IMG/VR virus record: IMGVR_UViG_3300021387_000463
Coordinates: 1-43,000 of that record
Reading direction: 5' to 3' (one strand)
Source of the DNA: a virus
Taxonomy: Duplodnaviria; Heunggongvirae; Uroviricota; Caudoviricetes
DNA: 43,000 nt
Shown here: piece by piece, positions 9,453 to 18,797 of the stretch
Numbering within the stretch: position 1 is the first letter of the stretch
Layout: each line of letters begins with the position of its first letter
Notes under the pieces: generated by a model
Told to the model about the DNA's origin: nothing
Database searches by the model: none
The model's input: only the letters and a program-made list of their open reading frames with translations
Translations under genes and position numbers: made by a program

Positions 9453-10211
9453 ATGAAGAACAATGACATAAATATTAATTTAAATCAACCAAGTGGCGAA
9501 AAAGCATCTTCAGTCGTTAAGGCTATAAAAAGTGTTACGGATGCTATTTCAAATGCAAAATGGACAAGGATTGTTAAAGTTTATTTAGTTATGTTTTTCT
9601 TTCTAGCCACACTATTAGGGGGATTTTTTGCTTATAAGTTCATAAGCGATAAGGATGCTATGCATGAGGCATCAATTAGTTTGGTGAGAAGCCAAAAAGA
9701 AGAGAATATAAGGGATTTTATTGTAACACCTAAGATACAGCACGACCTTAGACTCTTGATATATACACTTAATGCTGACAGAGCATTTCTGTTTGAACTG
9801 CACAATGGTAAGAAGAACACTTGTGGACTTCCATTCAGATTTGCAGATATGTCATATGAAGAGGTTAATGAGGAAAAAAAGGTTGACAGAATTGCGATGC
9901 AGTTTCAAGACATTCCTTTAACACTTTACAAATATCCTCATTATTTGCAAAGACAGAAGATGATAATTGGCACAATAGATGAGATTGACAAGATTGACCA
10001 CGAATTTGCAAATCACATAAAGGATGTGGGGGGTGTATATCTTGGAATGATTTATATAAGCAGCGGTGGTACTCCGCTTGGCTTCTTGTGCGTATCATAT
10101 CATAAGTATGAGGATATTCCAGACCCAAGATTAATAGAGCAGAAACTGACAGAGCACGATAAAACGCTGACACAACTGTTAGACCTCGATATAGTTATGA
10201 AAAATAATTAA
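9453..10211 (+). CDS. single-TM protein with GAF-like C-terminal domain; candidate T4 gp t-type holin
   Basis: TM helix VYLVMFFFLATLLGGFFAY; LNADRAFLFELHNG and PLGFLCVSY are GAF-like. Confidence 0.55.
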   Translation: MKNNDININLNQPSGEKASSVVKAIKSVTDAISNAKWTRIVKVYLVMFFFLATLLGGFFAYKFISDKDAMHEASISLVRSQKEENIRDFIVTPKIQHDLRLLIYTLNADRAFLFELHNGKKNTCGLPFRFADMSYEEVNEEKKVDRIAMQFQDIPLTLYKYPHYLQRQKMIIGTIDEIDKIDHEFANHIKDVGGVYLGMIYISSGGTPLGFLCVSYHKYEDIPDPRLIEQKLTEHDKTLTQLLDLDIVMKNN

Positions 10212-10213
10212 TT

Positions 10214-10915
10214 ATGAAGGAATTTTTGAAAAATCTATACAAGAAATATTATTCGTGGATTATAGCATTCTTGCTTACGATTGTAGTATACTTGATTGCC
10301 TATTTCAACTATAGACTTGAGCAAAAGCAAAAGAAAATAGATAAAATAGAATATACGGATTCAACTAGCGCATATAACAAACTTTACTATGAGACTAAGT
10401 TTACATCGTTGAAGAAGGAAAATAAAGACTTGTATGATTCTCTAAAACAATATAAGGATAAGATTGATTATATAGTGCAATTCTATCACGAAAAGGAATA
10501 TAACACTGGTCAAGTTCATACAAAGCCTAACATTATTGATAGCGTGGTGTATGACACAATCCCAGTAAGCGTGCCTCAGATTGCTAAGACGTATGAATAC
10601 TTGAGCGAACCAAACGACACGTTCCAATATAAGTTGAATGTCAACTCGTTTACAGAACCAAATTGGTATTCAATACAAGCAAAGGTAAAGAATAAGTTTA
10701 CGATAGTTAATAAGGAAGAGGGTGGTGCTAACCACATTACGATTAAACCAGAGAATGGCGGTACAATAACAGACCCAACCGTTTGGAAGAAGAAAGAGAA
10801 GAGAAACTTCTTGGATAGATTCTCATTCGGACCTGGTGTTACCGCTGGTTATGACCCAATTAATAAGAAATGGGGCGTGATGGTTGGTGCTTCAGTAACA
10901 TTTGATTTAAAGTAA
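10214..10915 (+). CDS. membrane-anchored protein, candidate spanin
   Basis: N-terminal TM, coiled coil, C-terminal amphipathic beta strands (FSFGPGVTAGYD...VGASVTFDL); adjacent to holin candidate. Confidence 0.5.
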   Translation: MKEFLKNLYKKYYSWIIAFLLTIVVYLIAYFNYRLEQKQKKIDKIEYTDSTSAYNKLYYETKFTSLKKENKDLYDSLKQYKDKIDYIVQFYHEKEYNTGQVHTKPNIIDSVVYDTIPVSVPQIAKTYEYLSEPNDTFQYKLNVNSFTEPNWYSIQAKVKNKFTIVNKEEGGANHITIKPENGGTITDPTVWKKKEKRNFLDRFSFGPGVTAGYDPINKKWGVMVGASVTFDLK

Positions 10916-10916
10916 T

Positions 10917-11393
10917 ATGAAAAAGATAATTAGATTAACAGAAAGCGAACTCCATAACATTGTAAAAGAATCTGTAACTAGAATTTTGAAGGAAGATTTT
11001 AATCAGTTCTCAGATGAAGACTTTGCAAGTACTGGAAATCCAAATGAGCTTGATGCTTATAACCCAATAAGTGAAGTTGAACATATAACACCTCAAGATT
11101 TAAGGCGTGTATACGTCTGGGAAACTGGAGATTCATATTATGAATTCGAAGCCGATTATGGCGAAGGAATGAGTGAAGCAGTATCTATAAGAGGTAGTTT
11201 TGACGGTGATTTCACTATAGATGACGTTGTATTGGGACATAGTGGCTTTGGTAGACAAATGAATCGAAGTGATGTTCAGTCATCACAATTTGACGAATGG
11301 TTTAATACAACACTTGGAGACCATCTTGCAAGGGTGATATACAAGAAGATAGAAGTTGGAGATTTCGCTAATGATGCCGAAAGTGGATATTAA
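10917..11393 (+). CDS. acidic hypothetical protein with MKKIIRLTESELH leader
   Basis: MKKIIRLTESELHNIVKESVTRILKE. Confidence 0.75.
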   Translation: MKKIIRLTESELHNIVKESVTRILKEDFNQFSDEDFASTGNPNELDAYNPISEVEHITPQDLRRVYVWETGDSYYEFEADYGEGMSEAVSIRGSFDGDFTIDDVVLGHSGFGRQMNRSDVQSSQFDEWFNTTLGDHLARVIYKKIEVGDFANDAESGY

Positions 11394-11398
11394 AATAT

Positions 11399-11438
11399 AA
11401 AATGCTTGGAAACTATTTAGTTTCTGAGCATTTTTTTT
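11399..11438 (+). terminator. intrinsic terminator
   Basis: aaaatgcttggaaacta-tt-tagtttctgagcatttt with T-run. Confidence 0.7.
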
Positions 11439-11472
11439 ATATTTTATAAAGAATGTAATATTTAATATAATT

Positions 11473-11673
11473 ATGGAGATAAAGAAAGGAAGCATAATAA
11501 TAACCAAAGATGGTGAATATAAGCTAAAGAATATGATGACACTCTATAATCCGTTTAATTTGCAACCAAAGACATGTTTCGTGGTTGATGACAACGGTAA
11601 AGATAAATTCGTTGGAGAAAAGGATATTATCAGTGTTAAAAATAACCACATAGAAAATATAGAAGAACCATGA
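11473..11673 (+). CDS. hypothetical protein
   Basis: 66-aa ORF starting an operon. Confidence 0.6.
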   Translation: MEIKKGSIIITKDGEYKLKNMMTLYNPFNLQPKTCFVVDDNGKDKFVGEKDIISVKNNHIENIEEP

Positions 11674-11861
11674 TTGCGACTTTACTATTACAATTAAAGG
11701 TATTTTTGTTTATAATGGCATTATTGACACTAGTTGTTGATATATTCCATGTTATAAGTGTGTTCCGTCTTAAGAATGGAAAACTTGCTACACAGAACGA
11801 GCTTATCGTTTTCGGTGTTGCGTTATCTTATGTACTAACAATGTTAATCTGCGGATTCTAA
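11670..11861 (+). CDS. small two-TM membrane protein
   Basis: Two hydrophobic helices; ATGA overlap. Confidence 0.65.
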   Translation: MIATLLLQLKVFLFIMALLTLVVDIFHVISVFRLKNGKLATQNELIVFGVALSYVLTMLICGF

Positions 11862-12353
11862 ATGAAGACATTACAAGAAAGAATGAATGACATGAAGCCT
11901 TATTTTCGTGGCATAGAAATGTACAATGAGGCACTCATGGTCAAGGTTGTGTATCCAAGAAACTGGAAAGCATATCCTTCCAACGATGGTAGGATAAAGG
12001 TTACTCCATCAGATGATGGGGCTTTAACCTATTACTATGCAGATTCAAAGGATACTAGTTATGAAGACATGTTTGACTTGGTTGAGGAAACAATCAAGGC
12101 AAATAACGATATTGTGCTCAAACTCAAGCTTCTTAAGGATAAGGTTACTGAGTTGAAGGAACTGTTCTCAGAACTTTCTTATGACGAATTGACAACCCTA
12201 AAATTTGTCACTGAGAAGGTCAAAACTGAGAAGGGTAAGAGGAAGTACACCAAGAAGAAAAAAGAGGATGAGAAGCCACGAGAAGAGCCTCAAAATGAAA
12301 CTAACAATGTTATGGAAGAGTTAATAAAAGATAATGAAAAGAAAGACAACTGA
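11862..12353 (+). CDS. hypothetical protein
   Basis: 163-aa ORF in operon. Confidence 0.65.
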   Translation: MKTLQERMNDMKPYFRGIEMYNEALMVKVVYPRNWKAYPSNDGRIKVTPSDDGALTYYYADSKDTSYEDMFDLVEETIKANNDIVLKLKLLKDKVTELKELFSELSYDELTTLKFVTEKVKTEKGKRKYTKKKKEDEKPREEPQNETNNVMEELIKDNEKKDN

Positions 12354-13233
12354 TGAGTTTGTTGAACAAGCTAAAAATGTACATGGAGATAAATATGATT
12401 ATTCGAAAGTCATATATGAATCAACTCAAAAACCAGTTGAAATCGTTTGTAGAATTCATGGAAGTTTTTTTCAACGTCCTTTAGACCATTTGCATGGTCA
12501 GAATTGTCCACATTGTTCACATAGGAGCACTAAGTATACATTAGAAGAATTTATAAATAAAGCAAAGGAAATTCACGGTAATAGATATGATTATTCTAAT
12601 GTAAATTATGTGGATAATCAAACTAAAGTATGCATAATTTGCCCTATTCATGGGGAATTCTGGCAAACTCCACAACATCATTTAAAAGGTTATGGATGTA
12701 AAAAATGTTCTTTGACACATAATTATACAACAGATGAATTTATTTCAATTTGTAAAGAATTGTATGGCGAGAAATATGATTATAGTAAAACAGTATATGT
12801 AAATCAGAAAACAAAGGTATGTGTTATCTGTTCTAAACATGGAGAATTTTATACTTATCCTATGCATCATATGAGAGGTGTTGGATGTCCACATTGTCAA
12901 AACAGTATTTTGGAAGAAAAAGTTGCTAGAGAATTGGAGAAGAATAATTTAGAATATATATGGCATTGTAAGAAGAAAAATTTATCGTGGTTAGGTAAAC
13001 AAAGCTTAGATTTCTATTTACCAAAATATGATATAGCAATAGAATGTCAAGGTATACAGCATTTTGAACCAATAGAATTTTTTGGTGGAGAAAAAATGTT
13101 TGAGTATAGAAAAAATTTAGATAGAAATAAATTGAAATTATGCACTGAGAATAATGTGAATTTATTTTATATAAATTATAATGACAAGTTAGAAAATAAA
13201 ATAAATGAATTAATTGAAATATGTACTGGTTAA
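12334..13233 (+). CDS. putative homing endonuclease: three Zn-ribbon repeats plus C-terminal PD-(D/E)xK nuclease domain
   Basis: 3x (H/Y)G.KYDYS...Y.....V.I.C..HG.F...P..H..G..C..C repeats; LDFYLPKYDIAIECQGIQHF nuclease motif. Confidence 0.8.
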   Translation: MKRKTTDEFVEQAKNVHGDKYDYSKVIYESTQKPVEIVCRIHGSFFQRPLDHLHGQNCPHCSHRSTKYTLEEFINKAKEIHGNRYDYSNVNYVDNQTKVCIICPIHGEFWQTPQHHLKGYGCKKCSLTHNYTTDEFISICKELYGEKYDYSKTVYVNQKTKVCVICSKHGEFYTYPMHHMRGVGCPHCQNSILEEKVARELEKNNLEYIWHCKKKNLSWLGKQSLDFYLPKYDIAIECQGIQHFEPIEFFGGEKMFEYRKNLDRNKLKLCTENNVNLFYINYNDKLENKINELIEICTG

Positions 13234-13586
13234 TATTAGTTATTTATATGATTGTTTGTTATGGTATTGCAAATACTATAATTTATGCAAATGGTCCGTT
13301 TCATTGTTTTGTTAAAATGCACGAAATAGCTAAAAAGATTCATCCACAGTTGGATGAAATGCTCTCTTGTTTTATATGTTCTGGGTGGTGGTTAGGATTT
13401 GGAATGTCAGCACTTAATTTATGGATATTACCAAGTGTAATATTAACACCAATGATTATGATTGGTTTGCCATTAGAATATTGGTATGTAACAATGTTTT
13501 TAGATGGAGCGTTTGTTAGTAGTAGTAATTGGCTAATAAATACAGTACAAAATTATTTTGAGACAAATAGTAATTCTAATGGATGA
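13221..13586 (+). CDS. DUF1360-like membrane protein
   Basis: Hydrophobic segments flanking LSCFICSGWW (CxxCxxxW). Confidence 0.6.
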   Translation: MYWLILVIYMIVCYGIANTIIYANGPFHCFVKMHEIAKKIHPQLDEMLSCFICSGWWLGFGMSALNLWILPSVILTPMIMIGLPLEYWYVTMFLDGAFVSSSNWLINTVQNYFETNSNSNG

Positions 13587-13794
13587 AATAAGTAGGGAAA
13601 TCACTACAATGAATAGTGAAAAGAAAATGGATAAACTTGCCCTAAAGGGACATCAATGGAACATTGCAGAGCAATTGAATGGTACGATGGGTAAGGATAT
13701 GAACGATGTCTTGAGTGGAAAGAAGAGGGTTGAGTTTACATTCTGGACTAAGTTACGTTATAGAATTAATAATTTCTTAAAGATGTTCAATTAA
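13579..13794 (+). CDS. hypothetical protein
   Basis: ATG at 13579 overlapping upstream stop region. Confidence 0.6.
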   Translation: MDEISREITTMNSEKKMDKLALKGHQWNIAEQLNGTMGKDMNDVLSGKKRVEFTFWTKLRYRINNFLKMFN

Positions 13795-13795
13795 A

Positions 13796-14050
13796 ATGGA
13801 TTTCAAATTTGGCACTTTGAGTATTTTTGAGGTTGGTCAGATGATTTCAGAGAGACTAAAGGAAGATGGGGTCACTAGCCAAGCTGAACTTTATGTATAT
13901 CTCAATGAGGATGAATTCAAGAGAGTTGACGAGGATTTGTTCTTGAGGAATAGAAATAGCACTGAAGATGAGTTTATACCATCCGAAGGGGAAATTGATA
14001 TAAATGTCGATATGGTTAAAATTATCATAAAAAAGAAGAGTGGGGAATAG
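13796..14050 (+). CDS. hypothetical protein
   Basis: 84-aa acidic ORF ending in terminator. Confidence 0.65.
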   Translation: MDFKFGTLSIFEVGQMISERLKEDGVTSQAELYVYLNEDEFKRVDEDLFLRNRNSTEDEFIPSEGEIDINVDMVKIIIKKKSGE

Positions 14051-14064
14051 TCCTCACTCTTTTT
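14036..14064. terminator. bidirectional terminator between convergent operons
   Basis: aagagtgggga-atag-tcctcactctt with flanking A/T runs. Confidence 0.75.
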
Positions 14065-14759
14065 TATGGTCTTGTGCTACTCCTTTTAATTTTTTCATCA
14101 CTCCAATGAGTTAACTCTTTTATCTTTTTTAGCCAATCTTTTTTATGCTTGCTCATGGTAATATCACCCATAAAGGCTATATACTTAAGTTTTTTCTTAA
14201 CGGATTCTATTTCAATTGTGTTATATAGTCTAATTCCATCTTGTTTATTCTTACAGATTACCATTTCAAGTTTGCCATTGCAATCTACCAATAATTTGTT
14301 TTTATACACTTGAACTGACTTGAACATGTATTTGTTCTTTGCGTCTTTGGCGATAAACGTGTCGAATATCCAATTAAAGTCCTTCCTCTGGAGTCTTGGA
14401 TGATAGCCATACACCCAAAATGTTTCTTCAATGTTGTATGGGGCACGGTCAATAACAATCCAGTCATCATCTGTTGTAGTATAATCGGTGAATTCTCCAG
14501 TATCAGTCCTTACCTTGTTGACCATACTTTCGTACTCTTCCCTACATTTGATAATGACAAGTTCATACTCAGACTCAATCATTATATGCTCATGATTATT
14601 GTATTTTATTGGAAAGGCAATCTTCTTGTTCTCTTCCAATATCTTCTTAAATCGTTTGTATATCTTTTCCTCTGTTGTATCTGAGCATATTGTACGCAGT
14701 TGTTTTCCGTGATTGATTAGTATGATACTATATATTTTCTTTTTGTTCCTACGTGCCAT
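14064..14759 (-). CDS. hypothetical protein
   Basis: 231-aa ORF abutting upstream minus-strand ORF. Confidence 0.7.
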   Translation of the reverse strand: MARRNKKKIYSIILINHGKQLRTICSDTTEEKIYKRFKKILEENKKIAFPIKYNNHEHIMIESEYELVIIKCREEYESMVNKVRTDTGEFTDYTTTDDDWIVIDRAPYNIEETFWVYGYHPRLQRKDFNWIFDTFIAKDAKNKYMFKSVQVYKNKLLVDCNGKLEMVICKNKQDGIRLYNTIEIESVKKKLKYIAFMGDITMSKHKKDWLKKIKELTHWSDEKIKRSSTRP

Positions 14760-15098
14760 TTAGAACCAGATTTGAACTTCTTTCTTACCGTCTTCATCTT
14801 CGCTAACAGCAAGGTCTGTACAGTAGCCATTTCTTGCACCATAAGCCATACCATCATCCTCAAGTACCAATAGTTTTACATCGTCATCCAATGCACCGTT
14901 GTCTCTGACGAATTTTCTTAGTTGCTTCATGGTAAGTTGCTCAAGTGGCCAACCTTGGAAATCATATTGCTGTTCATCTTTATGTTCTATCTTAGCCAAA
15001 AAGAATAAAGCCTCGTCAATAGCAGCTCTTTCACGTGTGTCTATCTTGTTACTAATACTCATGTTGTTTAGTATTGTAACTACCTCTTTTATATTCAT
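14760..15098 (-). CDS. hypothetical protein
   Basis: 112-aa ORF, A-rich leader. Confidence 0.65.
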   Translation of the reverse strand: MNIKEVVTILNNMSISNKIDTRERAAIDEALFFLAKIEHKDEQQYDFQGWPLEQLTMKQLRKFVRDNGALDDDVKLLVLEDDGMAYGARNGYCTDLAVSEDEDGKKEVQIWF

Positions 15099-15147
15099 AT
15101 TTTTTTTCTTTAAAATTTAATTTTTTTTTATTTTAATTCAATAAATA

Positions 15148-15179
15148 TTTGGAATTTTAACATTTTTTATATATCTTTG
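15148..15179 (+). promoter_or_regulatory. Bacteroidota sigmaA-type promoter
   Basis: TTTG 15148-15151, 20-nt spacer, TATCTTTG 15172-15179. Confidence 0.75.
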
Positions 15180-15246
15180 CAAAAAACATGAAAGAAATAA
15201 AACATATTAATGAAAATAATAAAAATAATTTTTTAAATAAAATAAT

Positions 15247-15714
15247 ATGAAATTTTTTGAAACATCTGAGGATATAGTTGCATTGGCTCAATCTAAGTTT
15301 GAAGAGACTGGTTTACCTCAAATGGGTATTGATTTAAAGGTCATATCTGTTACAAAATCTAAGAATATACTGAAAGCCACAAAAGCTGGGGCAACTATTC
15401 ATTATTTAACCAAGAAAGACGCAATTCTTGTCATATATGAAGAGGCTTTTGATAGACTTACAGATGAGTATAAGGAGAAACTTATGGAAGGTGCTATAAG
15501 CAACATTTCTTATGATACCGAGAAGGATAAGTTGAATGTAGAAAGCGACATTGCAAAGGAAATCTTCAGAATGCGTAGAAAGTATGGCAATTATACCGAC
15601 ATTATGGAGGCATCTTACATCGTAATGGAAGAGATTGAGGACGAAGAGCGCAGACGCAAGGAAGAGGAGAAACTAAAGAAAGCAGAAGAAAGGGCAGCTA
15701 AGAAAAAGCAATGA
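15247..15714 (+). CDS. hypothetical protein, possibly degenerate phage metallopeptidase-like fold
   Basis: DAILVIYEEAFDRLTDEYKEKLME resembles phage metallopeptidase family but HExxH is absent. Confidence 0.45.
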   Translation: MKFFETSEDIVALAQSKFEETGLPQMGIDLKVISVTKSKNILKATKAGATIHYLTKKDAILVIYEEAFDRLTDEYKEKLMEGAISNISYDTEKDKLNVESDIAKEIFRMRRKYGNYTDIMEASYIVMEEIEDEERRRKEEEKLKKAEERAAKKKQ

Positions 15715-16082
15715 AAGTAATAATTAATAGAGACGAATTTGGTAACATTCTTAGGTTGTTAAAGTCCTTAAACCTAACTCAAATAACAGATAGGGAAGAG
15801 CTTTGTGATTGGACTGATGGTGATTGGGGAGAGTATTGGTATCTATTTAGGAATGAAGATGATACAATAAGAGTTTCCTTTATCAACACCCTCGATGAAA
15901 AAACAATACTTGATATAGCTTTTTTGAAGGATATAACTAGTTTTGGTAAAAAGTTCTATATAAATTCCTTTAAATTTATTTTATTGGAGAAGTTAGACCC
16001 AACTGATTTAGCTGCCATGTGTAGGTGGAACGATATAATCTTTACTGACTTAGATTTTAAATACGGTTTAAAGAAAGATTAA
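15711..16082 (+). CDS. hypothetical protein
   Basis: 123-aa ORF, ATGA overlap. Confidence 0.6.
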   Translation: MKVIINRDEFGNILRLLKSLNLTQITDREELCDWTDGDWGEYWYLFRNEDDTIRVSFINTLDEKTILDIAFLKDITSFGKKFYINSFKFILLEKLDPTDLAAMCRWNDIIFTDLDFKYGLKKD

Positions 16083-16303
16083 TGGGAAAGGTTATTGGAA
16101 AGGCTCCAGCCCCAAGGGGACACAAGAGCAGAAAAAAGGATAATATCAGAGAGCAAGCCTTTAAGGAGATTTTGAAGCAATATCCAAATCTCGTAAATTC
16201 TGAGGAAAAAAGAAAACAACTAATGAACATTATCAACAATACCGATGTTGCAGTTGATAACACTGGTAAGATGAAGATGTTCTATAATGGAGAAGAAAAA
16301 TAA
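16082..16303 (+). CDS. hypothetical basic protein
   Basis: 73-aa ORF, TAATG overlap. Confidence 0.6.
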   Translation: MGKVIGKAPAPRGHKSRKKDNIREQAFKEILKQYPNLVNSEEKRKQLMNIINNTDVAVDNTGKMKMFYNGEEK

Positions 16304-16324
16304 TAACTACTAAAGCAAATAACA

Positions 16325-17029
16325 ATGGCAAATTTAAACAAAAATTGGATTAATCTTGTATTTGTCATCGACAAGTCTGGGAGTATGTATTCTTCAAGGG
16401 AAGACGTAGTTGGTGGCTTTGATAAGACTATCGAGGAACAGAAGAAGGATAAGGATGGTAAGGTGACTGTATCACTTTTCACCTTCAACGAGAAAGTAAA
16501 TCAAGAATATCTAGGTGTAGATATTAACGATATTGCAAAGTTCCATTATTCACCAGATGGTATGACTGCCATGAATGATGGTATTGGTACTGCAATTGAC
16601 AAGGTTGGGGAGTGGCTTTATGAAAAGGACAAGAGAGGTGCAGAACTTCCAGGTAAGACACTTGTAGTTGTCATGACCGATGGTATGGAGAATGCATCAA
16701 AGGAGTACACATTAAAGCAAGTTCAAGATAAGATTAAGGAGCAAACTGACAAGTATTCTTGGGAGTTTATTTACATGGGCACTGACATTACCACATCAAA
16801 GGCAGCAGATGACCTTGGATTCAAGTTCAAGACTTATGGTTCTAGAAAGAAGTTCGCTAACAATTATGACATTATTAACAGTGCAACCACAGCTTATAGG
16901 TCAATGGCTAAGACTAGTGCATCACTAGCAGATACTAGCGCATTGTTCTGTGCAACCCTTGATGAAGCAGCTACTAAGAACACAGCCGACTATGAGGCTG
17001 AGATTGGTAAGAAGATTACCAATACATAA
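16325..17029 (+). CDS. von Willebrand factor A domain protein
   Basis: MIDAS motif VIDKSGSM, GMTAMNDG, VVVMTDGMEN. Confidence 0.9.
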   Translation: MANLNKNWINLVFVIDKSGSMYSSREDVVGGFDKTIEEQKKDKDGKVTVSLFTFNEKVNQEYLGVDINDIAKFHYSPDGMTAMNDGIGTAIDKVGEWLYEKDKRGAELPGKTLVVVMTDGMENASKEYTLKQVQDKIKEQTDKYSWEFIYMGTDITTSKAADDLGFKFKTYGSRKKFANNYDIINSATTAYRSMAKTSASLADTSALFCATLDEAATKNTADYEAEIGKKITNT

Positions 17030-17036
17030 AAATAAC

Positions 17037-17060
17037 AAGGGGATTAGTGCAATCCCCTTT
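17037..17060 (+). terminator. possible terminator hairpin
   Basis: aaggggatt-agtgc-aatcccctt(t); short T tail. Confidence 0.55.
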
Positions 17061-17076
17061 AATATTTTCTAATAAT

Positions 17077-17394
17077 ATGGACAAAGAAGAGAAAGAGAAA
17101 GTCCTTCAAGAGATTGTTAATGAGATTAAACCAATCGTCAAATCATTATACAACGATAAAAGTAAAATCACAGTGTTAGAGAGTGAAATTGACGAATATG
17201 GAACTAAGACAGTTACATTATGCGGAGGGTTGAATGGAATCGGAGAGTGGAAAGACTATTTTACTGATTTATCAAAGTTATTTGAAGAATTGGGTAAAAA
17301 TGGTTTCGATGTTTGGGTAATTAGATTAGATAATGATTGTCCAGATGACATATTTTATTGTAGAACTGGTATAAGTAGAAAGAAGAATGAGTGA
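17077..17394 (+). CDS. hypothetical protein
   Basis: ATG at 17077 (track start lies within hairpin). Confidence 0.6.
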   Translation: MDKEEKEKVLQEIVNEIKPIVKSLYNDKSKITVLESEIDEYGTKTVTLCGGLNGIGEWKDYFTDLSKLFEELGKNGFDVWVIRLDNDCPDDIFYCRTGISRKKNE

Positions 17395-18280
17395 TATTAA
17401 ACTACTTGAGAAAATAAAAAATTATGACAAACCTTGGTGTTACCAATATCAGAAGAGATTGGATACATTACAAGAGGATATGGAGAAATATGGATGGTCT
17501 CAAGAAGATATTGATAGTATTTCATTAGACGATTTCGTATTTGATAACATCACTACAAAGGAAGAGAAACGTGAAGCCATAGATTTCATAAAGAGATACG
17601 AGTGGCTTGAGGAAGTTAATGGTTTTCCTATGCAGTGGTTTACAGCTAGATATAAAGGCATTCTTGGTGGGGTTGTAATCATGAGTCCACCAAATGCCTT
17701 TTCAAAACTCTTAGGGGAAGGTACAGAAAACATTGAAGCATTGATTACAAGAGGCGCATCTGCCTCATGGTGTCCCTTCAATCTTGGAAGTAAGTTCGTA
17801 ATGTGGTGTATCAAGTGGATGGTGAACAACACACCATATCGTATATTCACTTGTTACAGCGACCCACAAGCAAAGGAAATGGGTAGTATATACCAAGCAC
17901 TCAATTTTTATTATCTAGGTCAAAAGAGTGGTGGTACAATAAAATGTATCAATCCTTATAAACCTAATTCATTGATTTCTGACAGGACATTCCGTTCTCG
18001 TAGCTTCTATAAGCTCTACGCAAAAGACCTTGGTATCGTATGGCATAAGGATTGGAACGACAGAAGTAGGATGGAATGGAAGAATGTACCAGATGATGTT
18101 GAGCAGAGACTTAGGGAATACTCTAGGGAAATGTTCAAGAAAGCTGAGAAGATTATATTCCCAAACAAGCATAAATATGCATTTGTATTGGGAAGAGATA
18201 AGAGAGAAACAAAGGCTCTTAGGAAGAAGTTCTTGGAACTGAATAAAGTGTACGAATATCCAAAGGAAAGAGGAAAATGA
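17387..18280 (+). CDS. Mom-like GNAT-fold DNA modification protein
   Basis: FIKRYEW, YSDPQAKEMGSIYQALNFYYLG and KHKY match Mom-family pattern (Y.D......G.IY.A.N..Y.G). Confidence 0.7.
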   Translation: MSDIKLLEKIKNYDKPWCYQYQKRLDTLQEDMEKYGWSQEDIDSISLDDFVFDNITTKEEKREAIDFIKRYEWLEEVNGFPMQWFTARYKGILGGVVIMSPPNAFSKLLGEGTENIEALITRGASASWCPFNLGSKFVMWCIKWMVNNTPYRIFTCYSDPQAKEMGSIYQALNFYYLGQKSGGTIKCINPYKPNSLISDRTFRSRSFYKLYAKDLGIVWHKDWNDRSRMEWKNVPDDVEQRLREYSREMFKKAEKIIFPNKHKYAFVLGRDKRETKALRKKFLELNKVYEYPKERGK

Positions 18281-18402
18281 CATTAAGAACATATCAAAGT
18301 CCGTTTGACGAGTGGGCAGAGGTATTTATGCAAAACTTTGCACAAGAGATTGACAGAGATATATTAGCACAATTAAGACGTAACGCAGAATGGCAAGTTT
18401 AG
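18277..18402 (+). CDS. small hypothetical protein (41 aa, not in ORF track)
   Basis: ATGA overlap; ...FAQEIDRDILAQL... Confidence 0.45.
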   Translation: MTLRTYQSPFDEWAEVFMQNFAQEIDRDILAQLRRNAEWQV

Positions 18403-18596
18403 AATTACCGAGAAGTCAGATTGTATTTGGAAATTATATACCAATGCATGAACCAGAATCATTAGAAGAGGTTTTAAGTCAGTTTGAGGGTGAGGTTAAT
18501 AATGAAGTGATTAGGCAAAGAATTATATTCGCTTTGGATGAATGGAATATGCGTAATGGAACTAACATAACAATTGACGATTTAGAATTAAATTAA
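18390..18596 (+). CDS. hypothetical protein
   Basis: 68-aa ORF in operon. Confidence 0.55.
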   Translation: MASLELPRSQIVFGNYIPMHEPESLEEVLSQFEGEVNNEVIRQRIIFALDEWNMRNGTNITIDDLELN

Positions 18597-18599
18597 GTT

Positions 18600-18791
18600 A
18601 TGATAGGATATAAAATAGAATATGGTACAGTTGGTCACGATTGCTGGGGTGCTCTTGAATTTTCTTGGGATGGTGACTACAATGGTATAGTTTACACAGA
18701 CTATAACGAATGCGAAAAGGAAATGAATAAATTAAAGAAAGAACACCCATACGACATGGAGTTCAGAATCTATAATGTTGAAATAAGATAA
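18600..18791 (+). CDS. hypothetical protein
   Basis: 63-aa ORF in operon. Confidence 0.6.
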   Translation: MIGYKIEYGTVGHDCWGALEFSWDGDYNGIVYTDYNECEKEMNKLKKEHPYDMEFRIYNVEIR

Positions 18792-18797
18792 TAATAT

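Noticed and set aside
15247-15714. Active zinc metallopeptidase
   Set aside because: HExxH motif is missing; at most an inactive homolog.
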